Assembly: GCA_038326775.1 (NCBI GenBank)
Contig: JBBQKJ010000009.1
Location: 9,457-73,456, forward strand
Direction of reading: 5' to 3'
DNA from: Candidatus Geothermincolia bacterium
GTDB lineage: Bacteria; Actinomycetota; Geothermincolia; Fen-727; Anoxymicrobiaceae
DNA length: 64,000 bases
In this document: in pieces, positions 9,544 to 18,555 of the stretch
Layout: every line of letters starts with the position of its first letter
Numbering within the stretch: position 1 is the stretch's first letter
Made by a program: the position numbers and the translations under genes
Notes under the pieces: model-generated
Seen by the model: only the letters and a program-made list of their open reading frames with translations
What the model was told of the DNA's origin: nothing
The model's database searches: none

Positions 9544-10044
9544 ATGATGGCTAATCCTGAACACGTGAAAGTACTGAAGAAGGGCGTCAAGGTCTGGAAC
9601 GAGTGGCGCAAGAGCAACATGGGCGTAAGGCCCGACCTCTCTGGCACCAGGCTCAGGGGCAAGGAGCTTACTTATGCCAATTTCATGGTCACCGACCTCT
9701 CCGGCTGCGACCTCTCCGGCTGCAACCTCAAGCAGGCCTACATGACACACGCCAACCTCTCTGACGCGAACCTCGAAGGCGCGACGCTCGCGCGAGCGGA
9801 CATGCGCAACGCTAACCTCGCAAACGCGATTCTGCGAAAGTCCGACCTCTTCGAGGGGCTGTTCGTGAGGTCGATGCTCTACCGGACCGACCTCACCGAC
9901 TGCGACCTGCGCGACTCCATCTTCATCGGCGCGTTCCTGCAGGAGGTCGATTTCTCCGGCTCAGACCTTACCGGCTCTGATTTCACCCGGGCGAAGCTGA
10001 ACGGCGTGAAGGCCCTGGGCGCGACGGGCTTCAAGACGCACTGA
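9544..10044 (+). CDS. Pentapeptide repeat protein
   Basis: MANPEH..LK.GV..WNEWR cap followed by tandem A(D/N)Lxx repeats. Confidence 0.9.
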   Translation: MMANPEHVKVLKKGVKVWNEWRKSNMGVRPDLSGTRLRGKELTYANFMVTDLSGCDLSGCNLKQAYMTHANLSDANLEGATLARADMRNANLANAILRKSDLFEGLFVRSMLYRTDLTDCDLRDSIFIGAFLQEVDFSGSDLTGSDFTRAKLNGVKALGATGFKTH

Positions 10045-10284
10045 AGGCGCATGCGGCCCGCGGGGTGCCTACCGCCGCGCGATGCCGGCGGTCTGCCGCT
10101 CTTCGACGCCCCGCTCACCGGTGGACAGACGCCGCCGGAGGCCTTTTAATAAAGCGGTCAGCCCGAGGTTGCCGGTGCCTCGGGTGAAGACGCACGCGAG
10201 CGCGAGTGATTCGGACGGAGGATTGCCGGCTCGGCCTGAGCGGTCCTGCCGGGCGCGGAATAATCTGGTGAAACAGGGGGTGGC

Positions 10285-10641
10285 ATGAAAGGCAAAGCGT
10301 TCGTTGTTGACTGGGACGTGGTGACGATTGATGAGCACTGCAAGCTCCTGTTCGAGGACGGGTGGGAGGTGGAGAGCGAGTCGGTGGACGGCCGCAAGGC
10401 TTTCGACCTTATCAAATCCTACATTCCTGACGTGGTGGTGATATATCTCTCCCGCCTGCCGGCTTACGGCCGCGCGCTGGCGGAAGACCTGCGTGCCAGT
10501 ACGCAGACGAGCGAGTTGCCCATCGTCTTCGTGGACGGCAAGGAGAAGGTGGTCAAGAAGGCGATGGCCGAGGTTCCGGACGCTATATCCACAACTCAAG
10601 AGGACATCCTGGGCGAGCTGCTGAGGTTCCGCAGGAGATGA
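10285..10641 (+). CDS. Stand-alone atypical receiver (REC-like) domain
   Basis: REC pattern (FVVDWD, DGRKAFDLIK..PDVVVIYL, LPIVFV) with Tyr at the phosphoacceptor position. Confidence 0.7.
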   Translation: MKGKAFVVDWDVVTIDEHCKLLFEDGWEVESESVDGRKAFDLIKSYIPDVVVIYLSRLPAYGRALAEDLRASTQTSELPIVFVDGKEKVVKKAMAEVPDAISTTQEDILGELLRFRRR

Positions 10642-10683
10642 CCGGGACCGCCGGGCACGGGCGTCAGCGGGCGGGCACAGAGA

Positions 10684-11142
10684 ATGGCATCCGATAGCAG
10701 CCGCGGCGTGAGGATCCGGGATTGCGGAGAGGATGACTTCGAAAGCGTACTTGTGCTCTTGCGCCAGCTCTGGCCCGAGCTCGAGCTCGATCCGGTCGCC
10801 CTGAAAGAGATCTACCGGGAGTGCCTCACGCGGGACACCTGCCATGCGCTGTGCGCGGTGGCGGGTGGAGGGGTCGTAGGGTTCTGTGATTTTACCCTCA
10901 AGCAGAGCCTCTGGCATCGGGGAAAGCTCGCCTACGTCGATGAGCTCATCGTAAAGGAGGGGATGCGCGGAATGGGCATCGGTACGATGCTCCTCGAGCG
11001 CGCCACCGGCATGGCGGAGGACCTCGGCTGCAGGCACATCGGGCTCGACTCGGCTTTCCAGCGCGGGGAGGCCCACCGCTTCTACGATGACCGGGGCTTC
11101 AAGGGGCTCGGCTATATCTTTGGCAAGGACATCGGCAAATAA
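10684..11142 (+). CDS. GNAT family acetyltransferase
   Basis: YVDELIV, RGMGIG acetyl-CoA motif, AHRFY..GF. Confidence 0.9.
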   Translation: MASDSSRGVRIRDCGEDDFESVLVLLRQLWPELELDPVALKEIYRECLTRDTCHALCAVAGGGVVGFCDFTLKQSLWHRGKLAYVDELIVKEGMRGMGIGTMLLERATGMAEDLGCRHIGLDSAFQRGEAHRFYDDRGFKGLGYIFGKDIGK

Positions 11143-11283
11143 GCCGGTCGGGCAGACTCTCCGTGTTGCATCACCCGTTCGTAGAATTGACAAGCTGCTG
11201 GTGGGGCCATACGATTGCGTGAAATGGCGTTTGATGGCGGCACTGGGCGAAGAAAACCGCTGTTGAAGCATGTATTCCAGATT

Positions 11284-11356
11284 ACCGGGGGCTTTGAAGC
11301 CGGGCAAAGAAAATGGTCACCGCGGCCCGGTGGAGCCAGTGGTGAAACCGACCGGT
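11284..11356 (+). ncRNA. c-di-GMP-II riboswitch aptamer
   Basis: P1 ACCGG/CCGGT; GGC/GCC stem; kink-turn TTTGAA...GGA; GCCGGGC/GCCCGGT stem; pseudoknot GGTCACC with GGTGA-AA-CC; conserved 3' AGT..GTG.AACCGACC. Confidence 0.85.
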
Positions 11357-11378
11357 TGAGCGGTCGGTTTTTGTTTTT
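11345..11378 (+). terminator. Intrinsic terminator forming the riboswitch expression platform
   Basis: AAACCGACCG-GTTGAG-CGGTCGGTTT followed by TTGTTTTT; its 5' arm overlaps the aptamer 3' strand. Confidence 0.8.
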
Positions 11379-11429
11379 CAAGGGAGTGGCCGCCTCGTTT
11401 GAGCGGCCCTTAGCACGGGGGGAAAAGGA

Positions 11430-14162
11430 ATGTCGCAGTTACGTACGACTTCGCGGAAGGCTCACGGCCCTGAGTTGAAAGCGCTTGCCGCGTGCCTGGC
11501 CCTGGCGCTTGCGGCGCTCCTGATGCTGGTCCCCTCGGGGGTCACCCGCGCTCAGGAGTTCGCACCCTCCGGCTCGCTTCCCGAGGTGGCCAAGAAGATC
11601 AACCAGCTCATCTACCCCACCCTGGGGAACCCGGCGATAGTCCGGCGCGGGGGCGAGCTCGTGATCGAGTGGGACTGGCGCTTGAGCAACACCGCTATCC
11701 CGACCGCTGCCCTGCCGGGCGGCGGGCCGGCCAAATGGAACGTCTACCTGACAACCTCCGTCGCGGCCAACGTCCAGCATTACAATGGCAGCACCAACGA
11801 CGAGAAGCAGTGGTACCGCTATTCCAACGCGGCCGACCCGTACGGCTACGGAACCTACGACCGCCCCGTTCATACAGTGGTCAACACCCGCAGGCTCCAG
11901 GTCACGAAGGTCAGGAGGGAGGCGAGCTGCGCATGGCCGGAGGTGTTCGGGCAGGCGGGCTACGTCGTCGACCGGATCACGGTGAAGGTGCCCGCGAGCG
12001 TTCCGCTGGACCTCTACGACCTCCACGTCGAGTTCAAGGGCTGGGTCCCGCCCTGGTACTCCCCGCTGCTCCCGCAGGGACACGAGGGCAGCTTAAAGGC
12101 TGACTTACAGCCGCACGCCCTGCAGGTGGTGGACGGTTACAAGAAGGACATGAAGATCGTCCAGATCTCCGACACCCACGTGTACGGTCCTGAGATACAG
12201 AACGCCTTCGGCATCAACTACGACTCCTTCGAGCTGCGCGAGCCCAGGCCCGGGACGCCCGACCGCAAGCTCGACCCGGTCGAGAGGCTCTGGCTCAAGT
12301 ACGACGACTTCCCCCTCGACAAGGACGCCGATGGGAAGGCCAACGAGGGAGCGATCTACCTCCAGGAAGAATTGCAGGCCATAAACCTCATCAACCCCGA
12401 CTTCGTGGTGTTCACCGGCGACTCGGTGTTCGCCCAGAAGAACTGGAACACCTATCCAAAGGACGCGCCGCCCTTCGAGGGCACGACGGGCGACGTCGGC
12501 TCCGAGTACAGGTTCGAGATGAACTGGTGGTATGACGAGCTGCTGGCCCTGAACGTCCCGGTCTTCTGTGTCCCAGGCAACCACGACGGCTACTGCTGGG
12601 ACGGGCACGAGGCAGAGGGAGGCCTCGCCCATGACGACGGCCTGGAGATATGGCAGGACCTTTTCGGGCCGCTCTACCGCTCGTGGAATTACGGAGACTA
12701 CCATTTCCTCGGGGTCAATACCATGGACTGGCCAAAGAAAGACGCCGACGGCCCAGACCCGTTCCCACTTTTCCCGGATTACAAGGACCGCAACGGCGTC
12801 AATTTCTTCGGATACGTGACAAACCCCAACAAGTGGCACGGCCAGGTCCGGGGCAACGGAGACAAGTGGGCCACGGGAGTTGCGCCCCCGGGCTCGGAGC
12901 TCCGCTGGGACCCCGGCAACCCGGCTGCCTATGAAGGCCAGCTGGGCTGGGTCAAGCGCGACCTGGAAGCCAACCAGGGCAAGAAGCTGCGCGGAGTGTT
13001 CATGCACCACGATCCGCTGGAACCGATCGGCGCCGACCCCGGGATGTGGGACAACGCCAAGCAGTTCGGCCTCAATATGCCCGCCGGCCGCGGCGAGGGC
13101 TCCCAGGCGCTGGTCTACCTGATGAGGAGCCTGAACGTGAACTTTGAAGCGTCGGGGCATGCCCATAGCGACTGGGTTGGAAAGGTCCGCTGGTACGACA
13201 ATACCGGCGACCTGATGGCCATCAACACCACCGCCGCTTCGATTCCGGTGGGTGACGAGGCGCTGATCAGCAAGGCGTCTGCGGAGTACGCTGGCTATCG
13301 GCTGCTCAGCATCAGCGACGGCAGCCTGGCCGGCTGGGGGCTGCCAGGCGCCGATGGCGACCCGATGACCAGGTGGTCCATACCGGGATGGCAGGGGATC
13401 GGAGTGGGCACCGCCTCGCCGGAGAACCCAACCCCCAACGGGTTCGAGGTCTACCGCCAGAACAGGCCCGCCCTGCAGTGGATGGAGCAGGATAAGGCCG
13501 CCAAGCGCCCGCCTGTTACAAACGGCGAGGGCACCTTCAGCACCCCCGGGCTGCCGGGCGCGCTGCCCCTGCCGCTCAACAGTCGCGGCATCGGCGGGCC
13601 GTTCGAGGATGTCACCTGCAAGGTTAAGAACACGCTGGACGGGACGGGCGGCGCGAAGCTAGACCTGGCCGGCTGCCGCGTCGAGTTTCCCATGAAGCCG
13701 CTCACCGGCGGCCGTTATTATGTTGTGGACAACGGCACCATCCTCGAGCAGTACGACACCGACTCCGGCGAGCGCATGGTGGTGGTCATCGCGGACGTCC
13801 CGGGCGCCGCGGGGTTCCTGCCGGTGCGCGTCCATGCCGCCGCCGGGGCTGACCTCGCCGCCCCGGTGGTCGACTCGTTCACCATCAATGGTGGCGCGCC
13901 GAACACAAACGCTCTCGGCGTGACGCTCTTCCTTCAGGCACACGACCCGGGAGGCGCGGGGGTCAAAGATCTCAGGGTAGCGAACAGCGTGCCCGCGCTC
14001 CTGGCCGCCGAGTGGCTGCCTTACACGGGCCCGGCCGCCTGGAACTGGATCCTGAAGGCGGGCGCCGCCGGGACGCGAAAGGTCTACATGCAGTTCAGGG
14101 ACGCCGCGATGCCGGCCAATGTCGGAAGCCCCGGGTCGGCGACCATAACTTACGCGCCCTGA
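11430..14162 (+). CDS. Large secreted calcineurin-like metallophosphoesterase
   Basis: Signal peptide (..LALALAALLMLVPSGVTRA); motifs SDTH, TGD, GNHD, HHD, GHAH; C-terminal beta-rich Ig-like module (FTINGGA...VYMQFRDAA). Confidence 0.82.
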   Translation: MSQLRTTSRKAHGPELKALAACLALALAALLMLVPSGVTRAQEFAPSGSLPEVAKKINQLIYPTLGNPAIVRRGGELVIEWDWRLSNTAIPTAALPGGGPAKWNVYLTTSVAANVQHYNGSTNDEKQWYRYSNAADPYGYGTYDRPVHTVVNTRRLQVTKVRREASCAWPEVFGQAGYVVDRITVKVPASVPLDLYDLHVEFKGWVPPWYSPLLPQGHEGSLKADLQPHALQVVDGYKKDMKIVQISDTHVYGPEIQNAFGINYDSFELREPRPGTPDRKLDPVERLWLKYDDFPLDKDADGKANEGAIYLQEELQAINLINPDFVVFTGDSVFAQKNWNTYPKDAPPFEGTTGDVGSEYRFEMNWWYDELLALNVPVFCVPGNHDGYCWDGHEAEGGLAHDDGLEIWQDLFGPLYRSWNYGDYHFLGVNTMDWPKKDADGPDPFPLFPDYKDRNGVNFFGYVTNPNKWHGQVRGNGDKWATGVAPPGSELRWDPGNPAAYEGQLGWVKRDLEANQGKKLRGVFMHHDPLEPIGADPGMWDNAKQFGLNMPAGRGEGSQALVYLMRSLNVNFEASGHAHSDWVGKVRWYDNTGDLMAINTTAASIPVGDEALISKASAEYAGYRLLSISDGSLAGWGLPGADGDPMTRWSIPGWQGIGVGTASPENPTPNGFEVYRQNRPALQWMEQDKAAKRPPVTNGEGTFSTPGLPGALPLPLNSRGIGGPFEDVTCKVKNTLDGTGGAKLDLAGCRVEFPMKPLTGGRYYVVDNGTILEQYDTDSGERMVVVIADVPGAAGFLPVRVHAAAGADLAAPVVDSFTINGGAPNTNALGVTLFLQAHDPGGAGVKDLRVANSVPALLAAEWLPYTGPAAWNWILKAGAAGTRKVYMQFRDAAMPANVGSPGSATITYAP

Positions 14163-14170
14163 GCGAGGAA

Positions 14171-16885
14171 TCAACGCTCGCTGGCGCGCCAGGTGTTGAA
14201 AGCCTTTATGCGGTCGATCAGCAGGATGGGCACGAAGGCGCAGAGCAGGATCAAGAGCCACGCGGAGGCGCTGGGGGCACTGGTCTTGAACGCCTTCTGC
14301 ATGAACGGCAGGTAGAGCACCCCCATCTGCAACCCGACGGAGAGGACGAACGATCCCAGAAGGTAGCGGTTTTCCCAGGGCGCCGACAGGAAGAACGAGC
14401 GTGTCTCCGAGCGCATGTTGAAAGAATGCAGCACCTGCGAAAGCACCATCGTGGTGAAAAGCACCGTGCGCGCCATGTCCAGGTACTCGTTGCGCGAAGA
14501 GGCCGCGGCCGCGTTCCAGTCGTATCCGAGCAGGTAGTTGCTGAGCACGAAAGCGGCAAGCGCGCCACAGGTGATGAGAAGCCCCTGCCACGCAAGCCAC
14601 ACCTGCTTTCGGACGGCCAGGATGTTCTCCCCCAGGCGGCGCGGGGGGTGATCCATGACGTCCTTTTCGGGCGGGTCCACACCCAGCGCGAGCGCCGGCA
14701 GGCCGTCGGTGACCAGGTTTATCCAGAGTATCTGGACCGGCAGCAGCGGAAGCGGGAACCCCACCAGCATGGCTATGAAGACCGTCAGGACCTCGCTGAT
14801 GTTGCAGGAGAGCAGGAAGTAGATGAATTTCTTGAGGTTGCTGAAGATGATGCGCCCCTGCCGGACCGCTTCCACGATCGTCGCGAAGTTATCGTCGGCG
14901 AGTATCATGTCGGCCGCTTCCTTGGAGACGTCGGTGCCGGTTATCCCCATGGCTATGCCGATATCGGCGCGCTTGAGGGCCGGGGCGTCGTTGACCCCGT
15001 CACCGGTCATGGCCACCACGTGGCCGCGCTCCTTAAGCGCCTCGACGATCCTCACCTTGTGCCTGGGTGAGACCCGGGCGTAGGCCCGGATGTCCTCCAC
15101 CTGCCCGGCAAGCTGTTCCGTCGTCATCTTCTCGAGCTCGGTGCCGTCGATCAGCCGCTTGCCGCCGGCGAGTATACCGAGCTCCCTGCCGATCGATTCG
15201 GCCGTCGCCCGGTGGTCGCCGGTTATCATCGCCACGTCTATCATCGCTCCGCGGCAGAGCTCGAGCGCTCGCTGCGCCTCCGGGCGGGGCGGGTCCTTCA
15301 TGGCCAACGCGCCGATGAAGGTGAGCCCCGACTCGAGCGTGCTCATCTCGTCGTGCGGGGGCACCGACTCCAGGCGCTTGAAGGCAACACCGATGGTACG
15401 GAGCGCCCGCGACCCCAGGCCCACCGTCTCTTCTGAAATCAATGCCCGGTCGGCGTGCTCCAGTGGCCGGGCGCCTTCAGGCAGGAGGAGGCTCTCACAG
15501 CGCTCGAGCAGGGCCTCCACGGCGCCCTTGGTATAGACGATGTAACCGCCGTTGTCGCGGTGGACGGTGGTCATCATCTTTCGATCGGAGTCGAACGGTA
15601 TCTCGGCGACCCTGGTGTGCTCGGCCTCCAGGTCGGCCTTGTTCAAACCGGCAGCCTCCGCCGCGTCCAGGAGCGCCACCTCGGTCGGGTCGCCCAGGCT
15701 CGTCCCCGCCGCCGCCCGACGGGCGTCGTTGCACAGCGCGGCCGCCCCCGCCATCCTCTTGAGGACCGCGGGCTCGCTCCCATCGCCGGCGAGCGCGTCC
15801 TCGAAGGGGCACTGTCGCCCATCGGCGAAGAGGACGTCGGTCACCTTCATCCGGTTGAGCGTAAGGGTGCCGGTCTTGTCGCTGCAGATGTAGTTCGCGC
15901 AGCCCAGGGTCTCGACGGCGGGCAGGTTGCGGATGATGGCGTTCTGCTTCGCCATCGCCTGGGTGCCCTGCGCGAGCGTTATGGTGACGATGGCTGGAAG
16001 CCCCTCCGGTATCGCCGCCACCGCGAGGCTGACCGCGACGAGCATCATGGAGGCGAACGCGTTGCCGCGGATCATCCCGACAGCGAAGACCGCCGCCACT
16101 ATCAGCAGGCAGAGGTACACTATCCTCTTGCCCACGTCGCGCAGCTCGATCTGCAGGGGAGTGGGCTCGGGCTCCGCCTCCCCGAGCATGCTCGCTATCA
16201 GGCCAAGCTGGGTTCGCTGCCCGGTCTCCACCACGACCGCCCTGCCCCGCCCGTACTCCACGTGTGTGCCGGCGAATATCATGTTGCGGCGGTCGCCCAG
16301 CGCGGAATCGGCCGCGCAGGTCTCGCCGGAGGCCTTGTCCACCGCCGTGGACTCGCCGGTGAGGCTCGACTCGTTCACCATGAGGTTCACGGCCGAGACG
16401 AGGCGCGCGTCGGCAGCGACGAGGTCGCCGGCCTCGAGCGTGACCAGGTCGCCGGGTACCAGGTCCCGGGCGGGCACCTCCGATTCCACCCCGCCCCGGA
16501 CCACCTTGACCATGGGAGCGGCGAGCTCTTTCAGCTTGTCTATGGCCCTGTCGGCCCGCGCCTCCTGCGCAAAGCCCAGCACCGCGTTGAGCAGGACTAT
16601 GACCAGGATCACCGCGGCGTCCAGGTATTCCTTGAGCCAGAGGCCGCTTATGAGGACCGCGGCGAGCAGGACCCAGATCATGAAGTCGTTGAACTGCTTG
16701 AGGAACCGGACCACCGCGGGCGTTTTCTTCTTCTCGTGAAGACGGTTGTGCCCGAACCGCGAAAGGCGGTGCCTGGCCTCGTGGCCGTCCAGGCCCGCCT
16801 CGCCGTCGGTGTGCAGCTTTTCAACCGTCTCGGCGGCTCCAAGCGCGTGCCAGTCAACTGGCTTTTCAGCCGGTCTTTGTTCCAA
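14171..16885 (-). CDS. Cation-transporting P-type ATPase (P2A, Ca2+-type)
   Basis: LTGES, PEGLP, CSDKTGTLT, KGA, TGD, GDGVNDAPALK, WINLVTD. Confidence 0.95.
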   Translation of the reverse strand: MEQRPAEKPVDWHALGAAETVEKLHTDGEAGLDGHEARHRLSRFGHNRLHEKKKTPAVVRFLKQFNDFMIWVLLAAVLISGLWLKEYLDAAVILVIVLLNAVLGFAQEARADRAIDKLKELAAPMVKVVRGGVESEVPARDLVPGDLVTLEAGDLVAADARLVSAVNLMVNESSLTGESTAVDKASGETCAADSALGDRRNMIFAGTHVEYGRGRAVVVETGQRTQLGLIASMLGEAEPEPTPLQIELRDVGKRIVYLCLLIVAAVFAVGMIRGNAFASMMLVAVSLAVAAIPEGLPAIVTITLAQGTQAMAKQNAIIRNLPAVETLGCANYICSDKTGTLTLNRMKVTDVLFADGRQCPFEDALAGDGSEPAVLKRMAGAAALCNDARRAAAGTSLGDPTEVALLDAAEAAGLNKADLEAEHTRVAEIPFDSDRKMMTTVHRDNGGYIVYTKGAVEALLERCESLLLPEGARPLEHADRALISEETVGLGSRALRTIGVAFKRLESVPPHDEMSTLESGLTFIGALAMKDPPRPEAQRALELCRGAMIDVAMITGDHRATAESIGRELGILAGGKRLIDGTELEKMTTEQLAGQVEDIRAYARVSPRHKVRIVEALKERGHVVAMTGDGVNDAPALKRADIGIAMGITGTDVSKEAADMILADDNFATIVEAVRQGRIIFSNLKKFIYFLLSCNISEVLTVFIAMLVGFPLPLLPVQILWINLVTDGLPALALGVDPPEKDVMDHPPRRLGENILAVRKQVWLAWQGLLITCGALAAFVLSNYLLGYDWNAAAASSRNEYLDMARTVLFTTMVLSQVLHSFNMRSETRSFFLSAPWENRYLLGSFVLSVGLQMGVLYLPFMQKAFKTSAPSASAWLLILLCAFVPILLIDRIKAFNTWRASER

Positions 16886-17782
16886 TCAATCGTCCTTTGT
16901 TCCGGTGAGCGATTCCGCCAGCCTGATGAACTCCGCGGGCGAGAGGTCCTCGGCCCGGACCCCGGGGTCCTTTCCGAGGTCTTCCAGGGCGCTCCTGACG
17001 CTACCCGCCTCCAGGGAAAGCCCCACCGCGGCCGAGAGCGAGTTGGCGAGCTTCTTCCTGCGCTGGCCGAACGCGCCGGTCACCACCCGGTCGAAGTACC
17101 CGGAGCGTACGACCCCCGGAAGGCCCTCTGCCTCCCGGCGCGCGAGATGCAGTATGGTGGAGTCGACCCCGGGCTTTGGGTAGAAGCAGTTCCTGGAGAC
17201 GCTTGCCACCCTGCGGATCTCCGAGCGCGCCTGCACCTTGACGCTCGCTCCCGAGTAGTCCCGGCTGCCGGGGCCGCAGGCCAGCCTGTCGGCAACCTCC
17301 CGCTGGACCATCACCGTGTAGGTCTCGAGCCACGGATATCGCTGCAGGCAGTCCACCACCAGGGTGGCGGCAATCTGGTAGGGCAGGTTGGAGACCATCT
17401 TGACCCCGGCGGGTGGCTCGGCCTCCCACAGGGTGGCGAAGTCGAAGCGGGCGGCGTCGGCCTCGACCAGCTGCAGGTTGGTGGCGTATCCGAGCTCGTG
17501 CTCGAGTATGCGCAACAGCCGCCGGTCGGATTCGAGCGCGTAGACCTTTCCGCCCTCCTCGACGAGCGCCTGCGTAAGGGCGCCCAGCCCGGGCCCCACC
17601 TCGATGACGGCGTCGTACGGCTGGAGATCCGCCGCCTCGGCGATGATGCGAAGGATGTTCGCGTCCACCAGGAAGTTCTGCCCCATCGAGCGGCTGGGAC
17701 GGATTCCCGCGGAGTCGAGGAGCGTCCTCGCGGCCGCGGGCGAGGCCAGCATCCTGGGGGCTGCTCCCGCTGCCACCCTCAT
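16886..17782 (-). CDS. rsmA: 16S rRNA m6,6A dimethyltransferase
   Basis: GQNFL, EVGPGLGALT, SNLPY, MVQREVADRL, QRRKKL; ATG overlaps the tatD stop. Confidence 0.95.
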   Translation of the reverse strand: MRVAAGAAPRMLASPAAARTLLDSAGIRPSRSMGQNFLVDANILRIIAEAADLQPYDAVIEVGPGLGALTQALVEEGGKVYALESDRRLLRILEHELGYATNLQLVEADAARFDFATLWEAEPPAGVKMVSNLPYQIAATLVVDCLQRYPWLETYTVMVQREVADRLACGPGSRDYSGASVKVQARSEIRRVASVSRNCFYPKPGVDSTILHLARREAEGLPGVVRSGYFDRVVTGAFGQRRKKLANSLSAAVGLSLEAGSVRSALEDLGKDPGVRAEDLSPAEFIRLAESLTGTKDD

Positions 17783-18555
17783 CCCTCCGTCAGGTCGATG
17801 CCGAAGACCCTGGCCGTGTTCGCCTCGAGGACACACTCCATTTCTTCGAGCGAAACGTTTTTTGCCGTTGCGAGAGCCTCGGCGACCAGGCGGACGCGTC
17901 CGGGGAAGTTGGGCTTGCCGCGGAACGGCTCGGGCGACAGGAACGGGGCGTCGGTCTCCACCAGGAGCTTCTCCATGGGCGCGAGCGAGGCAAGCCTCCT
18001 GGCCTCATCGTTCTTCTTGAACGTCAGCGGCCCGGCGAAGGATACGTAGTAACCGCGCGCCACGCACTCCGAAAGGACGTCCTCGCCGCCAGAGAAACAG
18101 TGCATGATGACCGGCGGGTCGCCCGCGCCCTCGTCGGCCAGCACCTCGAGAACGTCGCCGTGGGCCTCGCGGTCGTGGACGATAAGGGCCTTGCCCAGCC
18201 TGCGGGCCATCCGCACGTGCTCTCGCAGCGCCCACTTCTGCCGTTCCGCCGGGCTGCGGTCGCGGTAATAGTCGAGCCCGGTCTCGCCGATGGCCACCAC
18301 GCGTGTGCTCGAGCCGGCGATCTCCTCCAGGCGCTCAAAATCATCCGGCGTCGCGCCCGTGGTGTCGTTAGGGTGGATGCCCACCGCCGCGAACACTCCC
18401 TCGTGTGTGGCCGCGGCGCGAACCGCCTCGACGCTCGAGTCGATGGTTATGCCGATGGTGATCACCGGTGACACGCCCGCGGACCTGGCCTCGGACAGGA
18501 CCTCTGGCGTGTCGCGCTCGATGAGGTCCAGGTGCGCGTGGGAGTCAGGTATCAA
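17779..18555 (-). CDS. tatD: TatD family hydrolase
   Basis: DSHAHL, GIHP, IGETGLDYY, HDREAH, HCFSG, ETDAPFL; TTG start overlaps the metG stop. Confidence 0.95.
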   Translation of the reverse strand: MIPDSHAHLDLIERDTPEVLSEARSAGVSPVITIGITIDSSVEAVRAAATHEGVFAAVGIHPNDTTGATPDDFERLEEIAGSSTRVVAIGETGLDYYRDRSPAERQKWALREHVRMARRLGKALIVHDREAHGDVLEVLADEGAGDPPVIMHCFSGGEDVLSECVARGYYVSFAGPLTFKKNDEARRLASLAPMEKLLVETDAPFLSPEPFRGKPNFPGRVRLVAEALATAKNVSLEEMECVLEANTARVFGIDLTEG

